The translations under genes and the position numbers were made by a program. The notes beneath the pieces are model-generated. The model saw only the letters and a program-made list of their open reading frames with translations, searched no databases and was not told the origin of the DNA. 64,000 nucleotides of DNA from assembly GCF_009914755.1 (NCBI RefSeq), contig NC_060927.1. The stretch is one strand, 5' to 3'. This stretch comes from the human T2T-CHM13v2.0 reference genome, Homo sapiens. Position 1 is the first letter of the stretch; every line of letters starts with the position of its first letter. Shown piece after piece: positions 15,601 to 31,900 of the stretch.

Positions 15601-18600
15601 AGTACATCAAATATAGATTATATACTGTACATAAAATATGAAAGTACCCCAAATATATATTATATACTCTACATGAAATATCAAAGTTCACAAACTATAT
15701 ATTATATACTGTACATAAAATATCAAAGTACCCAAGGTATATATTCTATACTGTACAAAAAATATCAAAGTATCCAAAGCATGTATTATATACTGTATAT
15801 AAAATATGAAAGTACATCAAATATATATTTTATTCTGTACATAAAATATCAAAGTACACCAGATATATATTCTATAGCATACATAAAATATCAAAGTACA
15901 CAAACTATACATTATATACTGTACATAAAATATGAAATTACATCAAATATATATTATATTAGGTACATAAAATATGAAAGTACATCAAATATAGATTATA
16001 TACTGTAAATATAATATCAATGTACCCCAAATATATATTTTATACTCTACATGAAATATCAAAGTTCACAAACCATATATTATATACTGTACATAAAATA
16101 TCAAAGTACCCAAGGTATATATTCTATACTGTACAAAAAATATCAAAGTACCCAAAGCATGTATTATATACTGTACATAAAATATGAAAGTACATCAAAT
16201 ATATATTTTATTCTGTACATAAAATATCAAAGTACACCAGATATATATTCTATAGTGTACGTAAAATATCAAAGTACCCAAACTATACATTATATACTGT
16301 ACATAAAATATGAAATTACATCAAATATATATTAGGTACATAAAATATGAAAGTACATCAAATATATATTTTATTCTGTACATAAAATATCAAAGTACAC
16401 CAGATATATATTCTATAGTGTACATAAAATAACAAAGTACACAAACTATAAAATATATACTGTACATAAAATATGAAATTACATCAAATATATATTAGGT
16501 ACATAAAATATGAAAGTACATCAAATATAGATTATATACTGTACATATAATATCAATGTACCCGAAATATATATTTTATACTCTACATGAAATATCAAAG
16601 TTCACAAACCATATATTGTATACTGCACATAAAATATCAAAATACACAAGGTATATATTCTATACTGTACAAAAAATATCAAAGTACCCAAAGCAGGTAT
16701 TATATACTGTATATAAAATATGAAAGTACATCAAATATATATTTTATTCTGTACATAAAATATCAAAGTACACCAGATATATATTCTATAGTGTACATAA
16801 AATATCAAGGTACCCAAACTATATATTATATACTGTACATAAAATATGAAATTACAGCAAATATATATTATATTAGGTACATAAAATATGAAAGTACATC
16901 AAATATAGATTATATACTGTACATTAAATACCAAAGTACCCCAAATATATATTTTATACTGTACATGAAATATCAAAGTTCACAAACTATATATTATATA
17001 CTGTAAATAAAATATCAATGTACCCAAGGTATATATTCTATACTGCACAAAAAATATCAAAGTACCCAAAGCATGTATTATATACTGTATATAAAATATG
17101 AAAGTACATCAAATATATATTTTATTCTGTACATAAAATATCAAAGTACACCAGATATATATTCTATAGTGTACATAAAATATCAAAGTACCCAAACTAT
17201 ACATTATATACTGTACATAAATATGAAATTACATCAAATATATATTATATTAGGTACATAAAATATGAAAGTACATGAAGTATAGATTATATACTGTAGA
17301 TAAAATATCAAAGTACCCCAAATTTATATTATATACTATACATGAAATATCAAAGTTCACAAACTATATATTATATACTGTACATAAAATATCAAAGTAC
17401 CCAAGGTATATATTCTATAGTGTACAAAAAATATCAAAGTACCCAAAGCATGTATTATATACCATACATAAAATATAAAATTACATCAAATATATATTTT
17501 ATTCTGTACATAAAATATCAAAGTACACCAGATATATATACTATAGTGTACATAAAATATCAAAGTACCCAAACTATACATTATACACTGTACATAAAAT
17601 ATGAAATTACATCAAATATATATTAGGTACATAAAATATGAAAGTACATCAAATATAGATTATATACTGTAAATATAATATCAATGTACCCCAAATATAT
17701 ATTTTATACTCTACATGAAATATCAAAGTTCACAAACCATATATTATATACTGTACATAAAATATCAAAGTACCCAAGTTATATATTCTATACTGTGCAA
17801 AAAATATCAAAGTACCCAAAGCATGTATTATATACTGTATATAAAATATGAAAGTACATCAAATATATATTTTATTCTGTACATAAAATGTCAAAGTACA
17901 CCAGATATATATTCTATAGTGTACATAAAATATCAAAGTACCCAAACTATACATTATATACTGTACATAAAATATGAAATTACATCAAATATATATTAAG
18001 TACATAAAATATGAAAGTACATCAAATATAGATTATATAGTGTACATAAAATATCAATGTACACCAAATATATATTATATACTCTACATGAAATATCAAA
18101 GTTCACAAACTATATATTATATACTGTCCATAAAATATCAAAGTACCCAAGGTATATATTTTATACTGTACAAAAAATATCAAAGTACCCAAAGCATGTA
18201 TTATATACTATACCTAAAATATGAAAGTACATCAAATATATATTTTATTCTGTACATAAAATATCAAAGTACACCAGATATATATTCTACAGTGTATATA
18301 AAATATCAAAGTACCCAAACTATACATTATATACTGTACATAAAATATGAAATTACATCAAATATATATTATATTAGGTACATAAAATATGAAAGTACAT
18401 GAAGTATAGATTATATACTGTACATAAAATATCAAAGTACCCCAAATTTATATTATATACTATACATGAAATATCAAAGTTCACAAACTATATATTATAT
18501 ACTGTACATAAAATATCAAAGTACCCAAGGTATATATTCTATAGTGTACAAAAAATATCAAAGTACCCAAAGCATGTATTATATACCGTACGTAAAATAT

Positions 18601-21600
18601 AAAATTACATCAAATATATATTTTATTCTGTACATAAAATATCAAAGTACACCAGATATATATACTATAGTGTACATAAAATATCAAAGTACCCAAACTA
18701 TACATTATACACTGCACATAAAATATGAAATTACATCAAATATATATTAGGTACATAAAATATGAAAGTACATCAAATATAGATTATATACTGTAAATAT
18801 AATATCAATGTACCCCAAATATATATTTTATACTCTACATGAAATATCAAAGTTCACAAACCATATATTATATACTGTACATAAAATATCAAAGTACCCA
18901 AGGTATATATTCTATACTGTACAAAAAATATCAAAGTACCCAAAGCATGTATTATATACTGTACATAAAATATGAAAGTACATCAAATATATATTTTATT
19001 CTGTACATAAAATATCAAAGTACACCAGATATATATTCTATAGTGTACATAAAATAACAAAGTACACAAACTATAAATTATATCCTGTACATAAAATATG
19101 AAATTACATCAAATATATATTAGGTACATAAAATATGAAAGTACATCAAATATAGATTATATACTGTACATTAAGTACCAAAGTACACCAAATATATATT
19201 TTATTCTGTACATAAAATATCAAAGTACACCAGATATATATTCTATAGTGTACATAAAATATCAAAGTACCCAAACTATACATTATATACTGTACATAAA
19301 ATATGAAATTACAGCAAATATATATTATATTAGGTAAATGAAATATGAAAGTACATCAAATATAGATTATATACTGTACATAAAATATGAAAGTACCCCA
19401 AATATATATTATATACTCTACATGAAATATCAAAGTTCACAAACTATATATTATATACTGTACATAAAATATCAAAGTACCCAAGGTATATATTCTATAC
19501 TGTACAAAAAATATCAAAGTATCCAAAGCATGTATTATATACTGTATATAAAATATGAAAGTACATCAAATATATATTTTATTCTGTACATAAAATATCA
19601 AAGTACACCAGATATATATTCTATAGTGTACATAAAATATCAAAGTACCCAAACTATACATTATATACTGTACATAAAATATGAAATTACAGCAAATATA
19701 TATTATATTAGGTACATAAAATATGAAAGTACATCAAATATAGATTATATACTGTACATTAAATACCAAAGTACCCCAAATATATATTTTATACTGTACA
19801 TGAAATATCAAAGTTCACAAACTATATATTATATACTGTACATAAAATATCAATGTACCCAAGGTATATATTCTATACTGCACAAAAAATATCAAAGTAC
19901 CCAAAGCATGTATTATATACTGTATATAAAATATGAAAGTACATCAAATATATATTTTATTCTGTACATAAAATATCAAAGTACACCAGATATATATTCT
20001 ATAGTGTACATAAAATATCAAAGTACCCAAACTATACATTATATACTGTACATAAAATATGAAATTACATCAAATATATATTATATTAGGTACATAAAAT
20101 ACGAAAGTACATCAAATATAGATTATATACTGTACATAAAATATGAAAGTACCCCAATATATATTATATACTCTACATGAAATATCAAAGTTTACAAACT
20201 ATATATTATGTACTGTACATAAAATATCAAACTACCCAAGGTATATATTCTATACTGTACAAAAAATATCAAAGTACCCAAAGCATGTATTATATAATGT
20301 ACATAAAATATGAAAGTACATCAAATATATATTTTATTCTGTACATAAAATATCAAAGAACACCAGATATATATTCTATAGTGTACATAAAATATCAAAG
20401 TACCCAAGCTATACATTATATACTGTACATAAAATATGAAATTACATCAAATATATATTATATTAGGTACATAAAATATGAAAGTACATCAAATATAGAT
20501 TGTATACTGTAAATATAATATCAATGTACCCCAAATATATATTTTATACTCTACATGAAATATCAAAGTTCACAAACCATATATTATATACTGTACATAA
20601 AATATCAAAGTACCCAAGGTATATATTCTATACTGCACAAAAAATATCAAAGTACCCAAAGCATGTATTATATACTATACCTAAAATATGAAAGTACATC
20701 AAATATATATTTTATTCTGTACATAAAATATCAAAGTACACCAGATATATATTCTACAGTGTACATAAAATATCAAAGTACCCAAACTATACATTATATA
20801 CTGTACATAAAATATGAAATTACATCAAATATATATTATATTAGGTACATAAAATACGAAAGTACATCAAATATAGATTATATACTGTACATAAAATATC
20901 AAAGTACCCCAATATATATTATATACTGTACATGAAATATCAAAGTTCACAAACTATATATTATGTACTGTACATAAAATATCAAAGTACCCAAGGTATA
21001 TATTCTATACTGTACAAAAAATATCAAAGTACCCAAAGCATGTATTATATAATGTACATAAAATATGAAAGTACATCAAATATATATTTTATTCTGTACA
21101 TAAAATATCAAAGTACACCAGATATATATTCTATAGCGTACATAAAATATCAAAGTACACAAACTATACATTATATACTGTACATAAAATATGAAATTAC
21201 ATCAAATATATATTGTATTAGGTAAATGAAATATGAAAGTACATCAAATATAGATTATATACTGTACATAAAATATGAAAGTACCCCAAATACATATTAT
21301 ATACTCTACATGAAATATCAAAGTTCACAAACTATATATTATATACTGTACATAAAATATCAAAGTACCCAAGGTATATATTCTATACTGTATAAAAAAT
21401 ATCAAAGTATCCAAAGCATGTATTATATACTGTATATAAAATATGAAAGTACATCAAATATATATTTTATTCTGTACATAAAATATCAAAGTACACCAGA
21501 TATATATTCTATAGCGTACATAAAATATCAAAGTACACAAACTATACATTATATACTGTACATAAAATATGAAATTACATCAAATATATATTATATTAGG

Positions 21601-22904
21601 TACATAAAATATGAAAGTACATCAAATATAGATTATATACTGTAAATATAATATCAATGTACCCCAAATATATATTTTATACTCTACATGAAATATCAAA
21701 GTTCACAAACCATATATTATATACTGTACATAAAATATCAAAGTACCCAAGGTATATATTCTATACTGTACAAAAAATATCAAAGTACCCAAAGCATGTA
21801 TTATATACTATACCTAAAATATGAAAGTACATCAAATATATATTTTATTCTGTACATAAAATATCAAAGTACACCAGATATATATTCTATAGTGTACATA
21901 AAATATCAAAGTACCCAAACTATACATTATATACTGTACATAAAATATGAAATTACAGCAAATATATATTATATTAGGTACATAAAATATGAAAGTACAT
22001 CAAATATAGATTATATACTCTACATTAAATACCAAAGTACCCCAAATATATATTTTATACTGTACATGAAATATCAAAGTTCACAAACTATATATTATAT
22101 ACTGTACATAAAATATCAATGTACCCAAGGTATATATTCTATACTTCACAAAAAATATCAAAGTACCCAAAGCATGTATTATATACTGTATATAAAATAT
22201 GAAAGTACATCAAATATATATTTTATTCTGTACATAAAATATCAAAGTACACCAGATATATATTCTATAGTGTACATAAAATATCAAAGTACCCAAACTA
22301 TACATTATATACTGTACATAAAATATGAAATTACATCAAATATATATTATATTAGGTACATAAAATACGAAAGTACATCAAATATAGATTATATACTGTA
22401 CATAAAATATGAAAGTACCCCAATATATATTATATACTCTACATGAAATATCAAAGTTCACAAACTATATATTATGTACTGTACATAAAATATCAAACTA
22501 CCCAAGGTATATATTCTATACTGTACAAAAAATATCAAAGTACCCAAAGCATGTATTATATAATGTACATAAAATATGAAAGTACATCAAATATATATTT
22601 TATTCTGTACATAAAATATCAAAGAACACCAGATATATATTCTATAGTGTACATAAAATATCAAAGTACCCAAACTATACATTATATACTGTACATAAAA
22701 TATGAAATTACATCAAATATATATTATATTAGGTAAATGAAATATGAAAGTACATCAAATATAGATTATATACTGTACATAAAATATGAAAGTACCCCAA
22801 ATATATATTATATACTCTACATGAAATATCAAAGTTCACAAACTATATATTATATACTGTACATAAAATATCAAAGTACCCAAGGTATATATTCTATACT
22901 GTAC

Positions 22905-25900
22905 AAAAAATATCAAAGTATCCAAAGCATGTATTATATACTGTATATAAAATATGAAAGTACATCAAATATATATTTTATTCTGTACATAAAATATCAA
23001 AGTACACCAGATATATATTCTATAGTGTACATAAAATATCAAAGTACCCAAACTATACATTATATACTGTACATAAAATATGAAATTACAGCAAATATAT
23101 ATTATATTAGGTACATAAAATATGAAAGTACATCAAATATAGATTATATACTCTACATTAAATACCAAAGTACCCCAAATATATATTTTATACTGTACAT
23201 GAAATATCAAAGTTCACAAACTATATATTATATACTGTACATAAAATATCAATGTACCCAAGGTATATATTCTATACTGCACAAAAAATATCAAAGTACC
23301 CAAAGCATGTATTATATACTGTATATAAAATATGAAAGTACATCAAATATATATTTTATTCTGTACATAAAATATCAAAGTACACCAGATATATATTCTA
23401 TAGTGTACATAAAATATCAAAGTACCCAAACTATACATTATATACTGTACATAAAATATGAAATTACATCAAATATATATTATATTAGGTACATAAAATA
23501 CGAAAGTACATCAAATATAGATTATATACTGTACATAAAATATGAAAGTACCCCAATATATATTATATACTCTACATGAAATATCAAAGTTCACAAACTA
23601 TATATTATGTACTGTACATAAAATATCAAACTACCCAAGGTATATATTCTATACTGTACAAAAAATATCAAAGTACCCAAAGCATGTATTATATAATGTA
23701 CATAAAATATGAAAGTACATCAAATATATATTTTATTCTGTACATAAAATATCAAAGAACACCAGATATATATTCTATAGTGTACATAAAATATCAAAGT
23801 ACCCAAACTATACATTATATACTGTACATAAAATATGAAATTACATCAAATATATATTATATTAGGTACATAAAATATGAAAGTACATCAAATATAGATT
23901 ATATACTGTAAATATAATATCAATGTACCCCAAATATATATTTTATACTCTACATGAAATATCAAAGTTCACAAACCATATATTATATACTGTACATAAA
24001 ATATCAAAGTACCCAAGGTATATATTCTATACTGTACAAAAAATATCAAAGTACCCAAAGCATGTATTATATACTGTACATAAAATATGAAAGTACATCA
24101 AATATATATTTTATTCTGTACATAAAATAACAAAGTACACCAGATATATATTCTATAGTGTACATAAAATATCAAAGTACCCAAACTATACATTATATAC
24201 TATACATAAAATATGAAATTACATCAAATATATATTATATTAGGTAAATGAAATATGAAAGTACATCAAATATAGATTATATACTGTACATAAAATATGA
24301 AAGTACCCCAAATATATATTATATACTCTACATGAAATATCAAAGTTCACAAACTATATATTATATACTGTCCATAAAATATCAAAGTACCCAAGGTATA
24401 TATTTTATACTGTACAAAAAATATCAAAGTACCCAAAGCATGTATTATATACTATACCTAAAATATGAAAGTACATCAAATATATATTTTATTCTGTACA
24501 TAAAATATCAAAGTACACCAGATATATATTCTACAGTGTATATAAAATATCAAAGTACCCAAACTATACATTATATACTGTACATAAAATATGAAATTAC
24601 ATCAAATATATATTATATTAGGTACATAAAATATGAAAGTACATGAAGTATAGATTATATACTGTACATAAAATATCAAAGTACCCCAAATTTATATTAT
24701 ATACTATACATGAAATATCAAAGTTCACAAACTATATATTATATACTGTACATAAAATATCAAAGTACCCAAGGTATATATTCTATAGTGTACAAAAAAT
24801 ATCAAAGTACCCAAAGCATGTATTATATACCGTACGTAAAATATAAAATTACATCAAATATATATTTTATTCTGTACATAAAATATCAAAGTACACCAGA
24901 TATATATACTATAGTGTACATAAAATATCAAAGTACCCAAACTATACATTATACACTGCACATAAAATATGAAATTACATCAAATATATATTAGGTACAT
25001 AAAATATGAAAGTATATCAAATATAGATTATATACTGTAAATATAATATCAATGTACCCCAAATATATATTTTATACTCTACATGAAATATCAAAGTTCA
25101 CAAACCATATATTATATACTGTACATAAAATATCAAAGTACCCAAGGTATATATTCTATACTGTACAAAAAATATCAAAGTACCCAAAGCATGTATTATA
25201 TACTGTACATAAAATATGAAAGTACATCAAATATATATTTTATTCTGTACATAAAATATCAAAGTACACCAGATATATATTCTATAGTGTACATAAAATA
25301 TCAAAGTACCCAAACTATACATTATATACTGTACATAAAATATGAAATTACATCAAATATATATTATATTAGGTACATGAAATTTGAAAGTACATCAAAT
25401 ATAGATTATATACTGTACATAAAATATGAAAGTACCCCAAATATATATTATATACTCTACATGAAATATCAAAGTTCACAAACTATATATTATATACTGT
25501 ACATAAAATATCAAAGTACCCAAGGTATATATTCTATACTGTACAAAAAATATCAAAGTATCCAAAGCATGTATTATATACTGTATATAAAATATGAAAG
25601 TACATCAAATATATATTTTATTCTGTACATAAAATATCAAAGTACACCAGATATATATTCTATAGTGTACATAAAATATCAAAGTACCCAAACTATACAT
25701 TATATACTGTACATAAAATATGAAATTACAGCAAATATATATTATATTAGGTACATAAAATATGAAAGTACATCAAATATAGACTATATACTCTACATTA
25801 AATACCAAAGTACCCCAAATATATATTTTATACTGTACATGAAATATCAAAGTTCACAAACTATATATTATATACTGTACATAAAATATCAATGTACCCA

Positions 25901-28900
25901 AGGTATATATTCTATACTGCACAAAAAATATCAAAGTACCCAAAGCATGTATTATATACTGTATATAAAATATGAAAGTACATCAAATATATATTTTATT
26001 CTGTACATAAAATATCAAAGTACACCAGATATATATTCTATAGTGTACATAAAATATCAAAGTACCCAAACTATACATTATATACTGTACATAAAATATG
26101 AAATTACATCAAATATATATTATATTAGGTACATAAAATACGAAAGTACATCAAATATAGATTATATACTGTACATAAAATATGAAAGTACCCCAATATA
26201 TATTATATACTCTACATGAAATATCAAAGTTCACAAACTATATATTATGTACTGTACATAAAATATCAAACTACCCAAGGTATATATTCTATACTGTACA
26301 AAAAATATCAAAGTACCCAAAGCATGTATTATATAATGTACATAAAATATGAAAGTACATCAAATATATATTTTATTCTGTACATAAAATATCAAAGAAC
26401 ACCAGATATATATTCTATAGTGTACATAAAATATCAAAGTACCCAAACTATACATTATATACTGTACATAAAATATGAAATTACATCAAATATATATTAT
26501 ATTAGGTACATAAAATATGAAAGTACATCAAATATAGATTGTATACTGTAAATATAATATCAATGTACCCCAAATATATATTTTATACTCTACATGAAAT
26601 ATCAAAGTTCACAAACCATATATTATATACTGTACATAAAATATCAAAGTACCCAAGGTATATATTCTATACTGCACAAAAAATATCAAAGTACCCAAAG
26701 CATGTATTATATACTATACCTAAAATATGAAAGTACATCAAATATATATTTTATTCTGTACATAAAATATCAAAGTACACCAGATATATATTCTACAGTG
26801 TACATAAAATATCAAAGTACCCAAACTATACATTATATACTGTACATAAAATATGAAATTACATCAAATATATATTATATTAGGTACATAAAATACGAAA
26901 GTACATCAAATATAGATTATATACTGTACATAAAATATCAAAGTACCCCAATATATATTATATACTGTACATGAAATATCAAAGTTCACAAACTATATAT
27001 TATGTACTGTACATAAAATATCAAAGTACCCAAGGTATATATTCTATACTGTACAAAAAATATCAAAGTACCCAAAGCATGTATTATATAATGTACATAA
27101 AATATGAAAGTACATCAAATATATATTTTATTCTGTACATAAAATATCAAAGTACACCAGATATATATTCTATAGCGTACATAAAATATCAAAGTACACA
27201 AACTATACATTATATACTGTACATAAAATATGAAATTACATCAAATATATATTGTATTAGGTAAATGAAATATGAAAGTACATCAAATATAGATTATATA
27301 CTGTACATAAAATATGAAAGTACCCCAAATACATATTATATACTCTACATGAAATATCAAAGTTCACAAACTATATATTATATACTGTACATAAAATATC
27401 AAAGTACCCAAGGTATATATTCTATACTGTATAAAAAATATCAAAGTATCCAAAGCATGTATTATATACTGTATATAAAATATGAAAGTACATCAAATAT
27501 ATATTTTATTCTGTACATAAAATATCAAAGTACACCAGATATATATTCTATAGCGTACATAAAATATCAAAGTACACAAACTATACATTATATACTGTAC
27601 ATAAAATATGAAATTACATCAAATATATATTATATTAGGTACATAAAATATGAAAGTACATCAAATATAGATTATATACTGTAAATATAATATCAATGTA
27701 CCCCAAATATATATTTTATACTCTACATGAAATATCAAAGTTCACAAACCATATATTATATACTGTACATAAAATATCAAAGTACCCAAGGTATATATTC
27801 TATACTGTACAAAAAATATCAAAGTACCCAAAGCATGAATTATATACTGTACATAAAATATGAAAGTACATCAAATATATATTTTATTCTGTACATAAAA
27901 TATCAAAGTACACCAGATATATATTCTATAGTGTACATAAAATATCAAAGTTCCCAAACTATACATTATATACTGTACATAAAATATGAAATTACATCAA
28001 ATATATATTATATTAGGTAAATGAAATATGAAAGTACATCAAATATAGATTATATACTGTACATAAAATATGAAAGTACCCCAAACATATATTATATACT
28101 CTACATGAAATATCAAAGTTCACAAACTATATATTATATACTGTACATAAAATATCAAAGTACCCAAGGTATATATTCTATACTGTACAAAAAATATCAA
28201 AGTATCCAAAGCATGTATTATATACTGTATATAAAATATGAAAGTACATCAAATATATATTTTATTCTGTACATAAAATATCAAAGTACACCAGATATAT
28301 ATTCTATAGTGTACATAAAATATCAAAGTACCCAAACTATACATTATATACTGTACATAAAATATGAAATTACAGCAAATATATATTATATTAGGTACAT
28401 AAAATATGAAAGTACATCAAATATAGATTATATACTCTACATTAAATACCAAAGTACCCCAAATATATATTTTATACTGTACATGAAATATCAAAGTTCA
28501 CAAACTATATATTATATACTGTACATAAAATATCAATGTACCCAAGGTATATATTCTATACTTCACAAAAAATATCAAAGTATCCAAAGCATGTATTATA
28601 TACTGTATATAAAATATGAAAGTACATCAAATATATATTTTATTCTGTACATAAAATATCAAAGTACACCAGATATATATTCTATAGTGTACATAAAATA
28701 TCAAAGTACCCAAACTATACATTATATACTGTACATAAAATATGAAATTACAGCAAATATATATTATATTAGGTACATAAAATATGAAAGTACATCAAAT
28801 ATAGATTATATACTCTACATTAAATACCAAAGTACCCCAAATATATATTTTATACTGTACATGAAATATCAAAGTTCACAAACTATATATTATATACTGT

Positions 28901-31900
28901 ACATAAAATATCAATGTACCCAAGGTATATATTCTATACTGCACAAAAAATATCAAAGTACCCAAAGCATGTATTATATACTGTATATAAAATATGAAAG
29001 TACATCAAATATATATTTTATTCTGTACATAAAATATCAAAGTACACCAGATATATATTCTATAGTGTACATAAAATATCAAAGTACCCAAACTATACAT
29101 TATATACTGTACATAAAATATGAAATTACATCAAATATATATTATATTAGGTACATAAAATACGAAAGTACATCAAATATAGATTATATACTGTACATAA
29201 AATATGAAAGTACCCCAATATATATTATATACTCTACATGAAATATCAAAGTTCACAAACTATATATTATGTACTGTACATAAAATATCAAACTACCCAA
29301 GGTATATATTCTATACTGTACAAAAAATATCAAAGTACCCAAAGCATGTATTATATAATGTACATAAAATATGAAAGTACATCAAATATATATTTTATTC
29401 TGTACATAAAATATCAAAGAACACCAGATATATATTCTATAGTGTACATAAAATATCAAAGTACCCAAACTATACATTATATACTGTACATAAAATATGA
29501 AATTACATCAAATATATATTATATTAGGTACATAAAATATGAAAGTACATCAAATATAGATTATATACTGTAAATATAATATCAATGTACCCCAAATATA
29601 TATTTTATACTCTACATGAAATATCAAAGTTCACAAACCATATATTATATACTGTACATAAAATATCAAAGTACCCAAGGTATATATTCTATACTGTACA
29701 AAAAATATCAAAGTACCCAAAGCATGTATTATATACTGTACATAAAATATGAAAGTACATCAAATATATATTTTATTCTGTACATAAAATAACAAAGTAC
29801 ACCAGATATATATTCTATAGTGTACATAAAATATCAAAGTACCCAAACTATACATTTTATACTGTACATAAAATATGAAATTACATCAAATATATATTAT
29901 ATTAGGTAAATGAAATATGAAAGTACATCAAATATAGATTATATACTGTACATAAAATATGAAAGTACCCCAAATATATATTATATACTCTACATGAAAT
30001 ATCAAAGTTCACAAACTATATATTATATACTGTCCATAAAATATCAAAGTACCCAAGGTATATATTTTATACTGTACAAAAAATATCAAAGTACCCAAAG
30101 CATGTATTATATACTATACCTAAAATATGAAAGTACATCAAATATATATTTTATTCTGTACATAAAATATCAAAGTACACCAGATATATATTCTACAGTG
30201 TATATAAAATATCAAAGTACCCAAACTATACATTATATACTGTACATAAAATATGAAATTACATCAAATATATATTATATTAGGTACATAAAATATGAAA
30301 GTACATGAAGTATAGATTATATACTGTACATAAAATATCAAAGTACCCCAAATTTATATTATATACTATACATGAAATATCAAAGTTCACAAACTATATA
30401 TTATATACTGTACATAAAATATCAAAGTACCCAAGGTATATATTCTATAGTGTACAAAAAATATCAAAGTACCCAAAGCATGTATTATATACCGTACGTA
30501 AAATATAAAATTACATCAAATATATATTTTATTCTGTACATAAAATATCAAAGTACACCAGATATATATACTATAGTGTACATAAAATATCAAAGTACCC
30601 AAACTATACATTATACACTGCACATAAAATATGAAATTACATCAAATATATATTAGGTACATAAAATATGAAAGTATATCAAATATAGATTATATACTGT
30701 AAATATAATATCAATGTACCCCAAATATATATTTTATACTCTACATGAAATATCAAAGTTCACAAACCATATATTATATACTGTACATAAAATATCAAAG
30801 TACCCAAGGTATATATTCTATACTGTACAAAAAATATCAAAGTACCCAAAGCATGTATTATATACTGTACATAAAATATGAAAGTACATCAAATATATAT
30901 TTTATTCTGTACATAAAATATCAAAGTACACCAGATATATATTCTATAGTGTACATAAAATATCAAAGTACCCAAACTATACATTATATACTGTACATAA
31001 AATATGAAATTACATCAAATATATATTATATTAGGTACATGAAATTTGAAAGTACATCAAATATAGTTTATATACTGTACATAAAATATGAAAGTACCCC
31101 AAATATATATTATATACTCTACATGAAATATCAAAGTTCACAAACTATATATTATATACTGTACATAAAATATCAAAGTACCCAAGGTATATATTCTATA
31201 CTGTACAAAAAATATCAAAGTATCCAAAGCATGTATTATATGCTGTATATAAAATATGAAAGTACATCAAATATATATTTTATTCTGTACATAAAATATC
31301 AAAGTACACCAGATATATATTCTATAGTGTACATAAAATATCAAAGTACCCAAACTATACATTATATACTGTACATAAAATATGAAATTACAGCAAATAT
31401 ATATTATATTAGGTACATAAAATATGAAAGTACATCAAATATAGACTATATACTCTACATTAAATACCAAAGTACCCCAAAGATATATTTTATACTGTAC
31501 ATGAAATATCAAAGTTCACAAACTATATATTATATACTGTACATAAAATATCAATGTACCCAAGGTATATATTCTATACTGCACAAAAAATATCAAAGTA
31601 CCCAAAGCATGTATTATATACTGTATATAAAATATGAAAGTACATCAAATATATATTTTATTCTGTACATAAAATATCAAAGTACACCAGATATATATTC
31701 TATAGTGTACATAAAATATCAAAGTACCCAAACTATACATTATATACTGTACATAAAATATGAAATTACATCAAATATATATTATATTAGGTACATAAAA
31801 TACGAAAGTACATCAAATATAGATTATATACTGTACATAAAATATGAAAGTACCCCAATATATATTATATACTCTACATGAAATATCAAAGTTCACAAAC

